Origin: an uncultured Chloroflexia bacterium
GTDB lineage: Bacteria > Chloroflexota > Chloroflexia > QHBQ01 > JADMIH01
Assembly (NCBI GenBank): GCA_963797095.1
Contig: CAWCNY010000002.1
Coordinates: forward strand, 1,248,001 to 1,312,000
DNA: 64,000 nt
Direction: 5' to 3'
Of the stretch, positions 46,774 to 57,069 are shown piece by piece. The position numbers were made by a program, and so were the translations under genes. Below the pieces are notes generated by a model. The model was not told the origin of the DNA. It ran no database searches and worked only from the letters and a program-made list of their open reading frames with translations. Position 1 is the first letter of the stretch. Each line of letters starts with the position of its first letter.

Positions 46774-47832
46774 CTTCGTTCTCCATTCGCTTGTGCAGGA
46801 GGATCAGCACCGCCGCTTCGTCGGGGGGTAGCCCATCCAGTTCTCTGGCTATGGATTTCTTTGGCGGGGTTTGCAGGTCGTCGAGAAGAGTGCCCTCGAG
46901 GTAGGATCGATTATGGCGGGGTGGACGTAGCATTTACGGCAGATGGCGGGGGTATTGCCGAGGCGGGCGGCTACCTGGTCTACGGCGACTACTACGTTGT
47001 GCCTGGACTCGGTTTTGGTGTTGGCGGGTTCCATCTCCTGAAGGGCGGCGGCTGCGAGCACGGTGCCTGCCCAGGTTCTGAAGTCCTTGGCGGTGAAGTC
47101 GTGGCCGCTGATCTCTTTGAGGTAATCGTTTACGTCGCCTGAGTCTATATTGTGGCGCTGGCCGTCGTCATCAACGTAGCCGAATAGCTCCTGGCCGGGG
47201 AGGTCCTGGCAACGCCTGACGACGCGGGCAAGACGCCTGTCTTTGACGCTTATGCTGTGGGTCTTGCCGCTTTTGCCTCTGAACTTGAAGCGGAGTTGAG
47301 CGCCGTCTACTTTGACGTGCCTGTTGCGCAGGGTGGTGAGGCCGAAGGATTTGTTGGCGCGGGCGTATTCCTCGTTTCCTACACGGATGAGGGTGGTTTC
47401 GAGGAGGCAGACCACGGTGGCAAGCACCTTCATGTGGGGAAGGCCGGAGAGGGCCATATCGTGTTCGACACGCTCGCGGATGGCGGGGAGGGCTTTGCCG
47501 AAATCGATCATCCGCTCGTACTTGGCCTGGTCGCGTACTTCGCGCCACCTGGGATGGTAGCGGTACTGCTTGCGGCCTTTGTCGTCGAGGCCGGTGGCCT
47601 GGATGTGACCGTTGGGGATTGGAGAGATCCAGACCTCGCGCCATGCGGGAGGGATCACGAGAGCTTTAATGCGGGCGAGGGTCTATTTGTTGGTGACAGG
47701 CTCACCGTCGGGGTTGGTGTAGTGCCAGCCTCTGGCGGCGCGCCTGCGCTTGATGCCGGGCCTTTTGTCGGTAACATAGCGCAGGTGGGCTTCTTTGGCC
47801 GCTTCTCTGGCTTCTTCCTGTATGCTTACCAC
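46763..47832 (-). pseudogene. DNA topoisomerase IB; in-frame TAG (47683-47685) and a C-terminal frameshift (~46905)
   Basis: LRYVTD..PGIKR, IPPAW, GRKQYRYH, IRVGNEEY, FRGKSG, FTAKDFRTW, LGNTPAICRKCYVHP. Confidence 0.85.
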
Positions 47833-48126
47833 TGGTTGATCCTTTCTATGCCGGTGGAGTTGAGGGATGCGTGTACCTTTGGGTAGTTATTTCGTGTTTT
47901 TGCCGGGTTTGGGTGGCTCTTGTTGTGAGATGGTTGAATTTTCCCCCGTTAACTAAATGGCCATGGTTGAGTAAAACGGGACAGGTTTTGGGGTGTACTT
48001 TCGGGTGGTTTTTACAGTTTGAAGTTTGAGGTTGACGTGTGGAGCATGTTGTTTGGGTTCTTGGGTAAATGGTCTAGGGTTTGTGCTGGCTCAGATGGGA
48101 ATCCGCGCTGTATACGACCTCCCTGA

Positions 48127-48150
48127 GAGCGAGGCATGCCTCGCCCCTAC
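48127..48150 (-). repeat. GTAG-type REP palindrome
   Basis: GTAGGGGCGAGGCATGCCTCGCTC on the minus strand. Confidence 0.6.
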
Positions 48151-48249
48151 AGGTCTTTGCTTTGTTGAGCGGTTACTGGCAAGTGGCGTGCCAGAATGAG
48201 GTGGGGTATAATCCGGTTGCTGCCGGTGGTGTATTATGCAGGGCTGTGT

Positions 48250-48867
48250 ATGGATGATCTTCAGACTATTATTGGCCGGGTGGCGGCTGTACAGAACGGG
48301 TTCGTGCCCATCAGGGCAGAGGCCGAGCGCTTGGTGGCGGGGCACAGTACCACCGATAGCTTGAGTATGGCGCGGACGCTGCTTGAGGAGCAGGCGTACC
48401 AGGCTCGCGCACTGGGCACTTTTGTGCTGGGGAAGATCGCACATGAAGCGCCTGAGGCGTTTGCTTTATTGCTGGAAAGTGTGAGTCACGATCCCGATTG
48501 GAGGGTGCAGGAGATACTGGCGATGGCGTTCGATAGCTATTGCGCCAATATCGGGTATGAGGCCGCGCTGCCTGTTATCGAGCAGTGGATGGCGCATTCA
48601 AATCCGAACGTGCGGCGGGCGGCGTCGGAGGGGTTGAGGATCTGGACGGCCCGCCCATATTTTCGAGAGCACGCACAGGTGGCGATTGCGCTGTTGAGCA
48701 GGTTGAAGGCGGACAAGAGTGAGTATGTGAGGAAGTCGGCGGGGAACGCTCTGCGAGATATCAGCCGCAAGTATGGGCCACTTGTGAAGGATGAGGTTGG
48801 CATATGGGACCTTTCGGACAAGCGAGTGGCCCATACTTATAAGCTGGCGGCGCGGTTTCTTGATTAG
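48250..48867 (+). CDS. HEAT-repeat DNA alkylation repair (AlkD-like) protein
   Basis: DPDWRVQEILA, NVRRAASEGLR, SEYVRKSAGNALRDIS. Confidence 0.82.
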   Translation: MDDLQTIIGRVAAVQNGFVPIRAEAERLVAGHSTTDSLSMARTLLEEQAYQARALGTFVLGKIAHEAPEAFALLLESVSHDPDWRVQEILAMAFDSYCANIGYEAALPVIEQWMAHSNPNVRRAASEGLRIWTARPYFREHAQVAIALLSRLKADKSEYVRKSAGNALRDISRKYGPLVKDEVGIWDLSDKRVAHTYKLAARFLD

Positions 48868-48894
48868 TTTGGGACGCTAATTTACACTGCATCC

Positions 48895-49641
48895 ATGTTC
48901 CCATATACATTTGACAAGCGGCCCGATCTGAGAGAGGAGATGGGCGCGATCCCACAGCGGGTGTGGCCTGCGTTCATGATGGAGGACGTGATCTCGGACC
49001 GCTACTGGCACTCACTTTACACCGTGTTCCCCGAGTACCAGAGCGCGCTTGTGGACGAGGAGGGGAAGGTGATCGCCACGGCACATACGATCCCCCTCAG
49101 GTGGGATGGCAAGCCGTGGACGCTGCCTCCGGGGTGGGACGAGGTGATAGCCTGGGGTTTCGCGGACCACGCGGCGGGACGGGAGCCTAACACGCTGTCG
49201 GCTCTCTCGGCTGAGATCGTGCCTGAGTACCAGGGGAAGGGTTTGAGCGCGGAGCCTCTGAAGCAGATGCGCAGGATCGCGGAAGCGCATGGGTTTGGCT
49301 CCCTGATTGCACCCGTGAGGCCGACGTTGAAGGCGCGCTACCCGCTGGTGCCCTTCGAGCAGTACGTGTACTGGACGCGCGAGGATGGGTTGCCTTTTGA
49401 CCCATGGATGCGGGTGCATGCGCGATTGGGGGCCGAGATCGTGAAGACCGCGCCACGGTCTATGTACGTGCCGGGTAGGGTGGTCGATTGGGAGAAGTGG
49501 ACCGGGATGAAGTTCCCGGAGTTGGGGCAGTACGTGGTGGAAGGCGCGCTTCAACCAGTGTCAATTGACCGGGAGCGGGACCTGGGGGAGTATTATGATC
49601 CTAATGTTTGGATGAGGCACAGGGTGACGAGTGACAAGTGA
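48895..49641 (+). CDS. GNAT-fold acetyltransferase
   Basis: YQGKGLS acetyl-CoA loop; LIAPVRP, DGLPFDPWMRVH. Confidence 0.82.
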   Translation: MFPYTFDKRPDLREEMGAIPQRVWPAFMMEDVISDRYWHSLYTVFPEYQSALVDEEGKVIATAHTIPLRWDGKPWTLPPGWDEVIAWGFADHAAGREPNTLSALSAEIVPEYQGKGLSAEPLKQMRRIAEAHGFGSLIAPVRPTLKARYPLVPFEQYVYWTREDGLPFDPWMRVHARLGAEIVKTAPRSMYVPGRVVDWEKWTGMKFPELGQYVVEGALQPVSIDRERDLGEYYDPNVWMRHRVTSDK

Positions 49642-49773
49642 CGAGTGAGGAGTGGGAAGACGTATTGCGTACTTCGTACTGCGTATTGCTTAGGATCTCG
49701 TGGCATTGGTTTATGATCTATGGACCGGGCGGGACAAGCCTGTCGATAGCTCGTTTGGCTGGAGAGCCTGAGT

Positions 49774-50388
49774 GTGTCGCTGGAGAGAGTGCGAACGGAG
49801 GTGGTGAACGTGCTGAATGATTTTAGTGAGTTTGCGATGGGGCCATCGGGGGAGGGTTCGTCCGGTGGGTCTGTGAGTGGGCTTCCGGTGGCGATGCTGA
49901 AGACGTCGTTCGACTATTTGATATGGGCGCGTGACCAGTTGCTGCCCTCGATACAGGGGTTGGAGGCGGGGCAATTGAAGGAAGTGCCTGCGGAGTTGCA
50001 GAAGGGAGTGTATGGGTCGCTGCACGACACGCTGGCACACATGGCGCAGTCGGAGTGGCTGTGGATAGAGCGGTGCCGGGGGGAGTTGCCGTTGCGGCTG
50101 CCGAAGGGGGAGGATTTCAAAGACCTGACCGCTATCATTGATTGGTGGAACACGGTGCATGCGGAGGCCGTGCAGTATTTGAACGTGATCGGGGAAGACG
50201 ATCTTGAGAGCGAGATCACGTATTTAGCGCCCGATGGGAAGCGGCGCACGCGCAAAGTGTGGCATATGCTGTTGCAGGTGTCGAACCACCAGACCGAGCA
50301 CCGGGCGCAGGTGGCTACTATGCTTGGGAGCCTGGGGTTGGAGGTGCCGCCGACCGATCTCGTGGTCTATTTGAGCCAGCAGGGATGA
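49774..50388 (+). CDS. DinB-family protein
   Basis: GSLHDTLAHM, NHQTEHRAQ. Confidence 0.88.
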   Translation: MSLERVRTEVVNVLNDFSEFAMGPSGEGSSGGSVSGLPVAMLKTSFDYLIWARDQLLPSIQGLEAGQLKEVPAELQKGVYGSLHDTLAHMAQSEWLWIERCRGELPLRLPKGEDFKDLTAIIDWWNTVHAEAVQYLNVIGEDDLESEITYLAPDGKRRTRKVWHMLLQVSNHQTEHRAQVATMLGSLGLEVPPTDLVVYLSQQG

Positions 50389-50768
50389 GCCAGAGGGGAC
50401 AGGAGCGGGGTTTGCTGTGGGCGCTGCTCGCGCTTTCGGTGGTGGGTGCGTTCGCGGCGTTCTTACTTATGGATGGTGCGGGCTACATCAGGGGATCGGT
50501 GGAGGGTTTGCCTGCCGGGTACTGGTTGTATCTGGGGCTTGAGGCGGTTTCGATGGGGGTGTTTTTCTACGTGCTGTCGCGCATATTTCACCAGAGGTCG
50601 AAGTGGAACCGGGTGCTGCTGACGGCGCTGCTTGGTGGGTTCAACGTCGTTTTGACGTTGGTGCAGATCTCCAGGGAGGGGTGGCTGGGAAGGGATGTGC
50701 TTGCGCTGGGGGCAGGGGCCGGGATGCTGGTGGTGGCTGCTGTGTTTGTTCTTGAGCCTGCTGTTTAG
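50385..50768 (+). CDS. Small membrane protein
   Basis: ATGA overlap with the DinB gene; four hydrophobic segments. Confidence 0.6.
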   Translation: MSQRGQERGLLWALLALSVVGAFAAFLLMDGAGYIRGSVEGLPAGYWLYLGLEAVSMGVFFYVLSRIFHQRSKWNRVLLTALLGGFNVVLTLVQISREGWLGRDVLALGAGAGMLVVAAVFVLEPAV

Positions 50769-50847
50769 CTTGCTTGTGCTACAATGTATTGCTTGTGGCG
50801 GGATTTGTCTTGCTCTGGACGCTTGCTCTGGAATAGGATTGGTGCTG

Positions 50848-51489
50848 ATGATTAAAGGCTCTGTAGTTCGTTCTCGATGGCGCGGTAATGGTGGTGGCGC
50901 TCTCTCCGTGGGTCTCCTTCTGGTGGCGCTGGTGTGTCTGGCGGCTTGCGATTTGTCGGGCGCGCCTACGCCGGTGCCGACAGTGGACCCTCTCGCGCAG
51001 GCGCTCTCGGAGATCCCGGCGGCCCCGGCGATCAATATCCGCGATGATTGGGCTGGGCTATCGAAGTCCTCTCCACAGTTGGCCCACTATTTGCTCGACC
51101 GCACGGTTGATGGGCTTACGGGGACGGCTGAGTTCTCGGCGGGGACTGAACCTGTGACGACCACAGCCGAGATAACGATCCCTGAGAGCGTTGTGCAGGA
51201 CTTCCTAGGGAAGCTGGCCGCCGTGCCGCTCAAAGAGGGCATTTACACCCCTAAGATCGACCATACTGACGATTCTCCCAATATCTCGATTACGATACAG
51301 GTCGATTCCGGGATAGTGTCGTTCTACAGCCAGTCGCAGGGTGACGACCACCTTCCGTGGGGAGCCAGTATCGCCAACAAGATTTACGTGATCGATACGC
51401 CCGATGTGGCCCAGGCCCTGGCTTTGCTCGAGCCTTATCTCAAGAAGGATGTGCTTCAACAGGTTATTGATGAGGCGGCGAACCGGTAG
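50848..51489 (+). CDS. Hypothetical lipoprotein
   Basis: Lipobox LAAC followed by an acidic soluble domain. Confidence 0.65.
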   Translation: MIKGSVVRSRWRGNGGGALSVGLLLVALVCLAACDLSGAPTPVPTVDPLAQALSEIPAAPAINIRDDWAGLSKSSPQLAHYLLDRTVDGLTGTAEFSAGTEPVTTTAEITIPESVVQDFLGKLAAVPLKEGIYTPKIDHTDDSPNISITIQVDSGIVSFYSQSQGDDHLPWGASIANKIYVIDTPDVAQALALLEPYLKKDVLQQVIDEAANR

Positions 51490-51531
51490 TGGTTGCGCTC
51501 CAGTGACAACATATAGGCCAGTGAGGCGACT

Positions 51532-52746
51532 ATGAGCCCAAAGAACAGTGTAGACGACGAAATAGAGCAAGACGCGTTGGAGGCAGCGAGGCTTGGTCCC
51601 TCGCCTTTCGCGGGAATGCGCACGCCCCGTTGGATGTGGGGCTGGCTGCTGGGCGCGGTGTTTCTGCTGTTCCTCTATTTAGTCAGGGGGGTACTGGGTC
51701 CGTTTATTATCGCGGGGGTGCTGGCCTACATATTTAGCATGGTGGTGGACCAGGTGCAGGAGCGCTTTCGGTGGCCCCGCTGGCTGACCGTGGCGCTGCT
51801 GTATGTGGTGGTGCTTGGGGCCATAGGGGTGGGGCTGTACTTCGGGGCGGAAGCTATATTCGAGCAGACGCGGGACTTTATCAACCAGGGGCCTAACCTG
51901 GTTGAGCAGAGCCTTCGGCAGATCATAGGCGACCAGTCGTACACCTTCGCGGGCATGACCCTGGATGCCAAGAGTCTGGCCGACAGGATCAATGCCGGCC
52001 TGAGCGACTACCTGGGGAACGGAGGCACAGGCGACATACTCACGTTCGCGCGCGGTGTGGGGGTGCGGCTGCTCGATACTCTGCTTGCGCTTATCGTGAC
52101 TTTCTACTTGTTATTGAACGGCGGCGCGTTTGGGGCTTACCTGCTCAGGTTCGTGCCTGAGGGATCTAGGGCGCGCACGGGTTACGTGGCGGGACGCATA
52201 CATACCGTGCTTGGGGCGTATTTGCGCGGGCAGCTCTTGCTGATACTGCTGATGTCGGTGGTGTCGTTCATCGTGTTGCAGTTCGTATTCAATGTGCCAT
52301 TCGCGATACCACTGGCTGTTCTGACCGGGTTCCTTGAGATTTTGCCGCTGGTTGGGCCTGCTATCGCTACGGTGCTGGCCGGAGGCGTGGCGCTGGGAGC
52401 GCATGGCTTTGGGGCGGCGATTGGGGTTGTGATCGCGTACTTTATTCTGCGCGAGCTTGAGGATAACCTGGTCATGCCTATGGTAGTGGGGAGAGCGGTG
52501 GAACTTCAGCCGGTGATCACGATCTTCGCGGTGCTGGCCGGGGGGCAGGTGGCGGGGATACTGGGGATGCTGCTGGCCGTTCCCGCTGCGGCGGCTATTA
52601 AGGTGATACTGGATTTCCTGTACCCCGCTGATGGAGGTGCGGCTGTATCGCAGGCACAAAAGGGGTTAGAGGTGGCCCGCCAGGAAGCCGAAGCGCGAGG
52701 AGAGGTGCCGGAAGAAGAGCCGTCATTGCAGAGAGGCCGCAGTTGA
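51532..52746 (+). CDS. AI-2E family transporter
   Basis: YLRGQ, EILPLVGP, LEDNLVMP..G, GILGMLLAVP. Confidence 0.9.
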   Translation: MSPKNSVDDEIEQDALEAARLGPSPFAGMRTPRWMWGWLLGAVFLLFLYLVRGVLGPFIIAGVLAYIFSMVVDQVQERFRWPRWLTVALLYVVVLGAIGVGLYFGAEAIFEQTRDFINQGPNLVEQSLRQIIGDQSYTFAGMTLDAKSLADRINAGLSDYLGNGGTGDILTFARGVGVRLLDTLLALIVTFYLLLNGGAFGAYLLRFVPEGSRARTGYVAGRIHTVLGAYLRGQLLLILLMSVVSFIVLQFVFNVPFAIPLAVLTGFLEILPLVGPAIATVLAGGVALGAHGFGAAIGVVIAYFILRELEDNLVMPMVVGRAVELQPVITIFAVLAGGQVAGILGMLLAVPAAAAIKVILDFLYPADGGAAVSQAQKGLEVARQEAEARGEVPEEEPSLQRGRS

Positions 52747-52906
52747 TAGATAATGAGGGTGACTCTTTTGTAAAAGGACTCTCTACGAAGAATCTGATCT
52801 CCTGTGTTTCTGCGGTCGGTTGCGGGTGGTTCTGAGTAGAGTAGGATAGATTGTGCGTTCAGTAGGGCATATGATAATGTGTGGGTCCCGGAACTTACGT
52901 CGATTT

Positions 52907-53532
52907 GTCATTCTGAGCGGTAGCGAAGAATGACAAAAGCAAGCTGGGGAGGCTTATTTAGCGGTGGCGCGTGTCGACAGAGTGTCAACTCATTGTAGGA
53001 AACAGTCGATGGCTGGCTAAAGAAGGCATGAAGCAGTATTACCTACATATACTGACCAACGCTACGCGCACCCTTTATGTTGGCGTGACCAACGGCTTTG
53101 AGCGTCGGGTGTACGAGCATAAGAATAAGCTGATTGAGGGCTTCACATCGCGATACAACATTACTTGGTTGGTGTATTACGCTGAGAGTAATGATATTCG
53201 TGAGGTGATTGCTCGCGAAAAGCAAATCAAGGGTTGGACTCGTGAGAAGAAGGTTAGCCTAATAACCGAGTTCAACCCATAATGGCGCGATCTCGCCGCC
53301 GACTGGTACAATGATTGATGGCGGTTAGTAGAATACTAGGTTTCTGCTTCTGTGTAAGGCTCATGTTTGTGTTCTGCAATTCCATTTCGTTTGATGGTCC
53401 TACTTGGCCGAGCTTATGCGACTGTGCCCACAAACTAACGTTGATTTGTCATTCTGAGCTTGTGAAGAATTTAAAATGCAGACATGCCACTCAACCATCA
53501 TCCAAGATTCTGAGCGATAGCGAAGAATGACA
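52907..53532. repeat. REP-like repeats flanking the GIY-YIG gene
   Basis: GTCATTCTGAGC...GAAGAAT(GACA) at 52907, 53448 and 53506; same family as 3614 and 4203. Confidence 0.72.
53028..53318 (+). pseudogene. GIY-YIG nuclease (UPF0213) with premature TAA at 53280
   Basis: YYLHIL..TLYVGVT, REKQIKGW, NP*WRDL. Confidence 0.8.
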
Positions 53533-53645
53533 AAGGGATGCAGGAGAGGCGCTTTTGAACATTTGCTTGCAACCTGCCCCGCTCAAAATGATTGAAACTA
53601 CAACATTACTAGACCCAAGTTCTATCTTGTAAGGAGAATCGAAAC

Positions 53646-56513
53646 ATGGCAACCTCAACCACTAATCCACAATCCGCAACATCCAACCCGCAATCGCATA
53701 AGTGGGTGTATTTGTTCCATGAGGGGACCGCCAAGCAGCGCGACTTGCTGGGGGGCAAAGGGGCGGGCCTGGCCGAGATGACCAACGCCGGGCTGCCTGT
53801 GCCTCCTGGGTTTACTATTACTACGGAGGCGTGCCGCGCCTTCTACGCGAACGGCGAGAAGTTCCCGGATGGCATGTGGGATCAGGCTATGGAAGCGCTA
53901 CGCGTTGTGGAGGGCGAAACTGGTAAGAAACTGGGCGACCCTCAGAACCCATTGCTGGTGTCGGTGCGCTCAGGGGCCAAGTTCTCGATGCCGGGTATGA
54001 TGGACACCGTGCTCAACCTGGGGCTGAACCCGGAGACATTGCAGGGATTGGTCAAGCTGACCGGCAACGAGCGATTTGGTTATGATGCCTATCGCCGTTT
54101 CATCCAGTTGTTCGGGCGTATCGTGATGGGTGTGGAAGCGCCTGTGTTCGATGATTTGCTCGACAAGATGAAGGAGGAGCGAGGCGTGTCGCTCGATACC
54201 GAGTTGATAGCCGGCGACCTGCGCACGCTGGTGGACCAGTTCAAGGCAGCGGTCAAGCGCGAAACGGGCAAAGATTTCCCCGACGATCCATACGAGCAAT
54301 TGAGGATGGCTATCCAGGCTGTGTTCAACTCGTGGAACTCGCCTCGCGCTTTCGCCTATAGGAAGGCGCAAGATATACCGGACGACCTGGGCACGGCGGT
54401 CAATGTGGTGATGATGGTGTTCGGGAATATGGGCAACGACTCGGGCACGGGCGTGGCCTTCACGCGCAATCCCTCCACGGGTGACGAAAAATTGTACGGC
54501 GAGTTCCTGGTGAACGCTCAGGGAGAGGACGTGGTGGCGGGTATTCGCACACCCCAGAAGATCGCTCAGTTGGAAGAGGAGATGCCCGAAGTTTACAGGC
54601 AGTTCGATGAGATCGGGCGCAGGTTGGAGCAGCATTACAGGGATATGCAGGACCTGGAGTTCACGGTCGAGCGCGGCAAGCTGTATATGTTGCAGACGCG
54701 CTCAGGCAAAAGGACTGCGGCGGCGGCGGTCAAGATCGCGGTCGATATGGTGAACGAGGGGCTGATCAGCAAGGAGGAGGCGGTGCAGCGTGTAGAGCCT
54801 GCGCACGTGGTGCAACTGCTGCTGCCCCGGTTTGACGATAAGGACAAGGAGCGCGCCAGCAACGAAGGTAAATTGCTGGCGGTGGGGTTGAACGCCGCAC
54901 CTGGAGCCGCGGTTGGCAAGGCCATTTTCTCGGCGGACAAAGCTGAGGAGGTGGGACATTCGGGGCAGGCCGTGGTGCTGGTGCGCGAGGAGACTAACCC
55001 AGAGGACGTGCACGGCATGATCGCGTCGAAGGGCGTGCTGACCCAGCGCGGCGGGGCGACTTCGCACGCTGCTGTGGTGGCCCGGCAGTTCGGCAAGGTG
55101 TGCGTGGCGGGAGCCGAGAAGGGCGGCCTGCTGATCAACGACGAAGAAGGGTATCTGACCGCACATGGGGTGACCGTGCGCGAAGGCGAAACGATCTCGA
55201 TAGACGGGACTACGGGCGAGGTGTTCGCGGGGGCGATTGCTCTTATCGAGCCTAATTACGAGGAAGAGATCGACCTGATTACGCTGCTTGAGTGGGCTGA
55301 TAGCGCACGCAAGCTGGGTGTGTGGGCCAACGCCGACTACCCACGCGATGCGGTGAAAGCGGTGGCGTTCGGGGCCGAGGGGATCGGGCTTTGCCGAACG
55401 GAGCATATGTTCTTCGAGGAGGAGCGGCTGCCTGTCGTGCGCCAAATGATCCTGTCGGCTTCGGAGGCGACCCGCCTGGACAACGCGCTGGCGAGCGCGC
55501 AGACCGCGCTGGCGAAGCTTTCTGCGGAATCGGAGAAGCGTGGAGAGGCCGAAGCGGAGGTGAAGAAGGCGCAGGCCGATATCGATGCGTCCGAAGCGCA
55601 CCGCGATTACCACGACGCGCTTGCCCAGTTGGAGAAGATACAGCAAGGCGACTTCTACGGCATCTTGAAGGCAATGGGCGGTCGCCCCACGGTGATCCGC
55701 TTGCTCGATCCGCCTTTGCATGAATTCCTGCCTTCGTATGATGAACTGCTGGTGGAGACTACCGAGTTGAGGATGTCGGGCAAAGAGAACGCGCCTGAGT
55801 ACAAGGAGGCTATGCACCTGCTTGGCATTGTGGGGCAGATGCGCGAGCAGAACCCTATGCTAGGTCTGCGCGGCTGCCGCCTTGGGATCATGTTCCCGGC
55901 TATCAACGATATGCAGGTGAGGGCTATCTTGAAGGCGTCCAACCAACTGCTGAACGAGGGGCTGGAGTCGCACCCTGAGATAATGATCCCGCTGGTGGGT
56001 CATGTGAACGAGTTGAAGCGGGTGCGCGAGCAACTTGTGGGGATCGCGAAGGATGTGGAGAAGGAAGCGGGCCGAGATCTGCCTTATAAGTTCGGGACGA
56101 TGATCGAGATCCCTCGGGCTGCACTTACGGCGGGTGAGATCGCGGAGTACGCGGAGTTCTTCTCGTTCGGAACGAACGACCTGACGCAGACCACGTTCGG
56201 CTATTCGAGAGATGATGCCGAGGGCAAGTTCCTGTTGCAGTATGTGGAAATGGGTATCCTGCCGGAGAACCCGTTCCAAACGCTGGATAGGGGTGGTGTG
56301 GGCGCGCTGGTGAGGATGGCGACCGAGCAGGGCCGCAAGACCCGACCTGAATTGAAGGTGGGGATCTGCGGAGAACACGGCGGCGACCCATCGTCGATCC
56401 ACTTCTGCCACGAGGTCGGGCTGAACTATGTGTCGTGCTCGCCCTATCGTGTGCCGGTGGCTCGGTTGGCGGCTGCGCAGGCTGCTTTGGAGGCCGGAGA
56501 GAAGGACAAGTAA
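53646..56513 (+). CDS. ppdK: Pyruvate, phosphate dikinase
   Basis: LLGGKGAGLAEM, SVRSGA..SMPGMMDT, GGATSHAAVVAR, GLCRTEHMF, GICGEHGG. Confidence 0.97.
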   Translation: MATSTTNPQSATSNPQSHKWVYLFHEGTAKQRDLLGGKGAGLAEMTNAGLPVPPGFTITTEACRAFYANGEKFPDGMWDQAMEALRVVEGETGKKLGDPQNPLLVSVRSGAKFSMPGMMDTVLNLGLNPETLQGLVKLTGNERFGYDAYRRFIQLFGRIVMGVEAPVFDDLLDKMKEERGVSLDTELIAGDLRTLVDQFKAAVKRETGKDFPDDPYEQLRMAIQAVFNSWNSPRAFAYRKAQDIPDDLGTAVNVVMMVFGNMGNDSGTGVAFTRNPSTGDEKLYGEFLVNAQGEDVVAGIRTPQKIAQLEEEMPEVYRQFDEIGRRLEQHYRDMQDLEFTVERGKLYMLQTRSGKRTAAAAVKIAVDMVNEGLISKEEAVQRVEPAHVVQLLLPRFDDKDKERASNEGKLLAVGLNAAPGAAVGKAIFSADKAEEVGHSGQAVVLVREETNPEDVHGMIASKGVLTQRGGATSHAAVVARQFGKVCVAGAEKGGLLINDEEGYLTAHGVTVREGETISIDGTTGEVFAGAIALIEPNYEEEIDLITLLEWADSARKLGVWANADYPRDAVKAVAFGAEGIGLCRTEHMFFEEERLPVVRQMILSASEATRLDNALASAQTALAKLSAESEKRGEAEAEVKKAQADIDASEAHRDYHDALAQLEKIQQGDFYGILKAMGGRPTVIRLLDPPLHEFLPSYDELLVETTELRMSGKENAPEYKEAMHLLGIVGQMREQNPMLGLRGCRLGIMFPAINDMQVRAILKASNQLLNEGLESHPEIMIPLVGHVNELKRVREQLVGIAKDVEKEAGRDLPYKFGTMIEIPRAALTAGEIAEYAEFFSFGTNDLTQTTFGYSRDDAEGKFLLQYVEMGILPENPFQTLDRGGVGALVRMATEQGRKTRPELKVGICGEHGGDPSSIHFCHEVGLNYVSCSPYRVPVARLAAAQAALEAGEKDK

Positions 56514-56519
56514 ACTCTT

Positions 56520-57057
56520 TTGTACACGAAGATACGAAGCATAACGAAGGGCACGAAGGAATAAAGGGTTTAGGGCTATGGCGATAAAAGGGAGTAACCT
56601 GGCGGGGATGCATAATAGTGCTCTGGACGAAGAGCTTGATGTGCTTTCTTATGCTGTAATCGGTGCGGCTATCGAAGTTCATCGTTTGCTTGGCCCAGGT
56701 TTCCCGGAATCGGTTTACGAGGAAGCTCTCTGTTTTGAATTGGAATTGCGTGGTATCCACTGCGCCAGGCAGGTACCTATCCACATCACTTATAAAAGTC
56801 GTGACGTGGGCGAAGGCAGGATCGATATACTCGTAGATAATAGTCTGGTTGTGGAGTTGAAAGCTGTTGAGGCATTTTCGCCAATGCACGTTGCACAAGT
56901 GCTCTCGTATCTCAAGGCGACCAAGAATAGAGTAGGGTTATTGCTCAATTTCAATGTGTTACGGCTAAAAGAAGGCGGCATCAAACGCTACATATACGAC
57001 CCTTAATACCCTAAGTTCCTTCGTGCCCTTCGTTATTCTTCGTATCTTCGTGTACAA
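56520..57057. mobile_element. GxxExxY cassette bounded by ~41-bp inverted repeats
   Basis: TTGTACACGAAGATACGAAG..AACGAAGGGCACGAAGGA (56520) and its reverse complement (57017-57057). Confidence 0.6.
56578..57006 (+). CDS. GxxExxY protein (PD-(D/E)XK fold)
   Basis: LGPGFPESVY, RIDILV..VVELKA, QVLSYLK, GLLLNF. Confidence 0.9.
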   Translation: MAIKGSNLAGMHNSALDEELDVLSYAVIGAAIEVHRLLGPGFPESVYEEALCFELELRGIHCARQVPIHITYKSRDVGEGRIDILVDNSLVVELKAVEAFSPMHVAQVLSYLKATKNRVGLLLNFNVLRLKEGGIKRYIYDP

Positions 57058-57069
57058 GAAACTGAATCT

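Noticed and set aside
27736-47685. Amber read-through/recoding suggested by in-frame TAGs in the IS256 transposase and topoisomerase IB
   Set aside because: No CUA-anticodon tRNA in the array; many intact genes end in TAG; topoisomerase IB also has a frameshift
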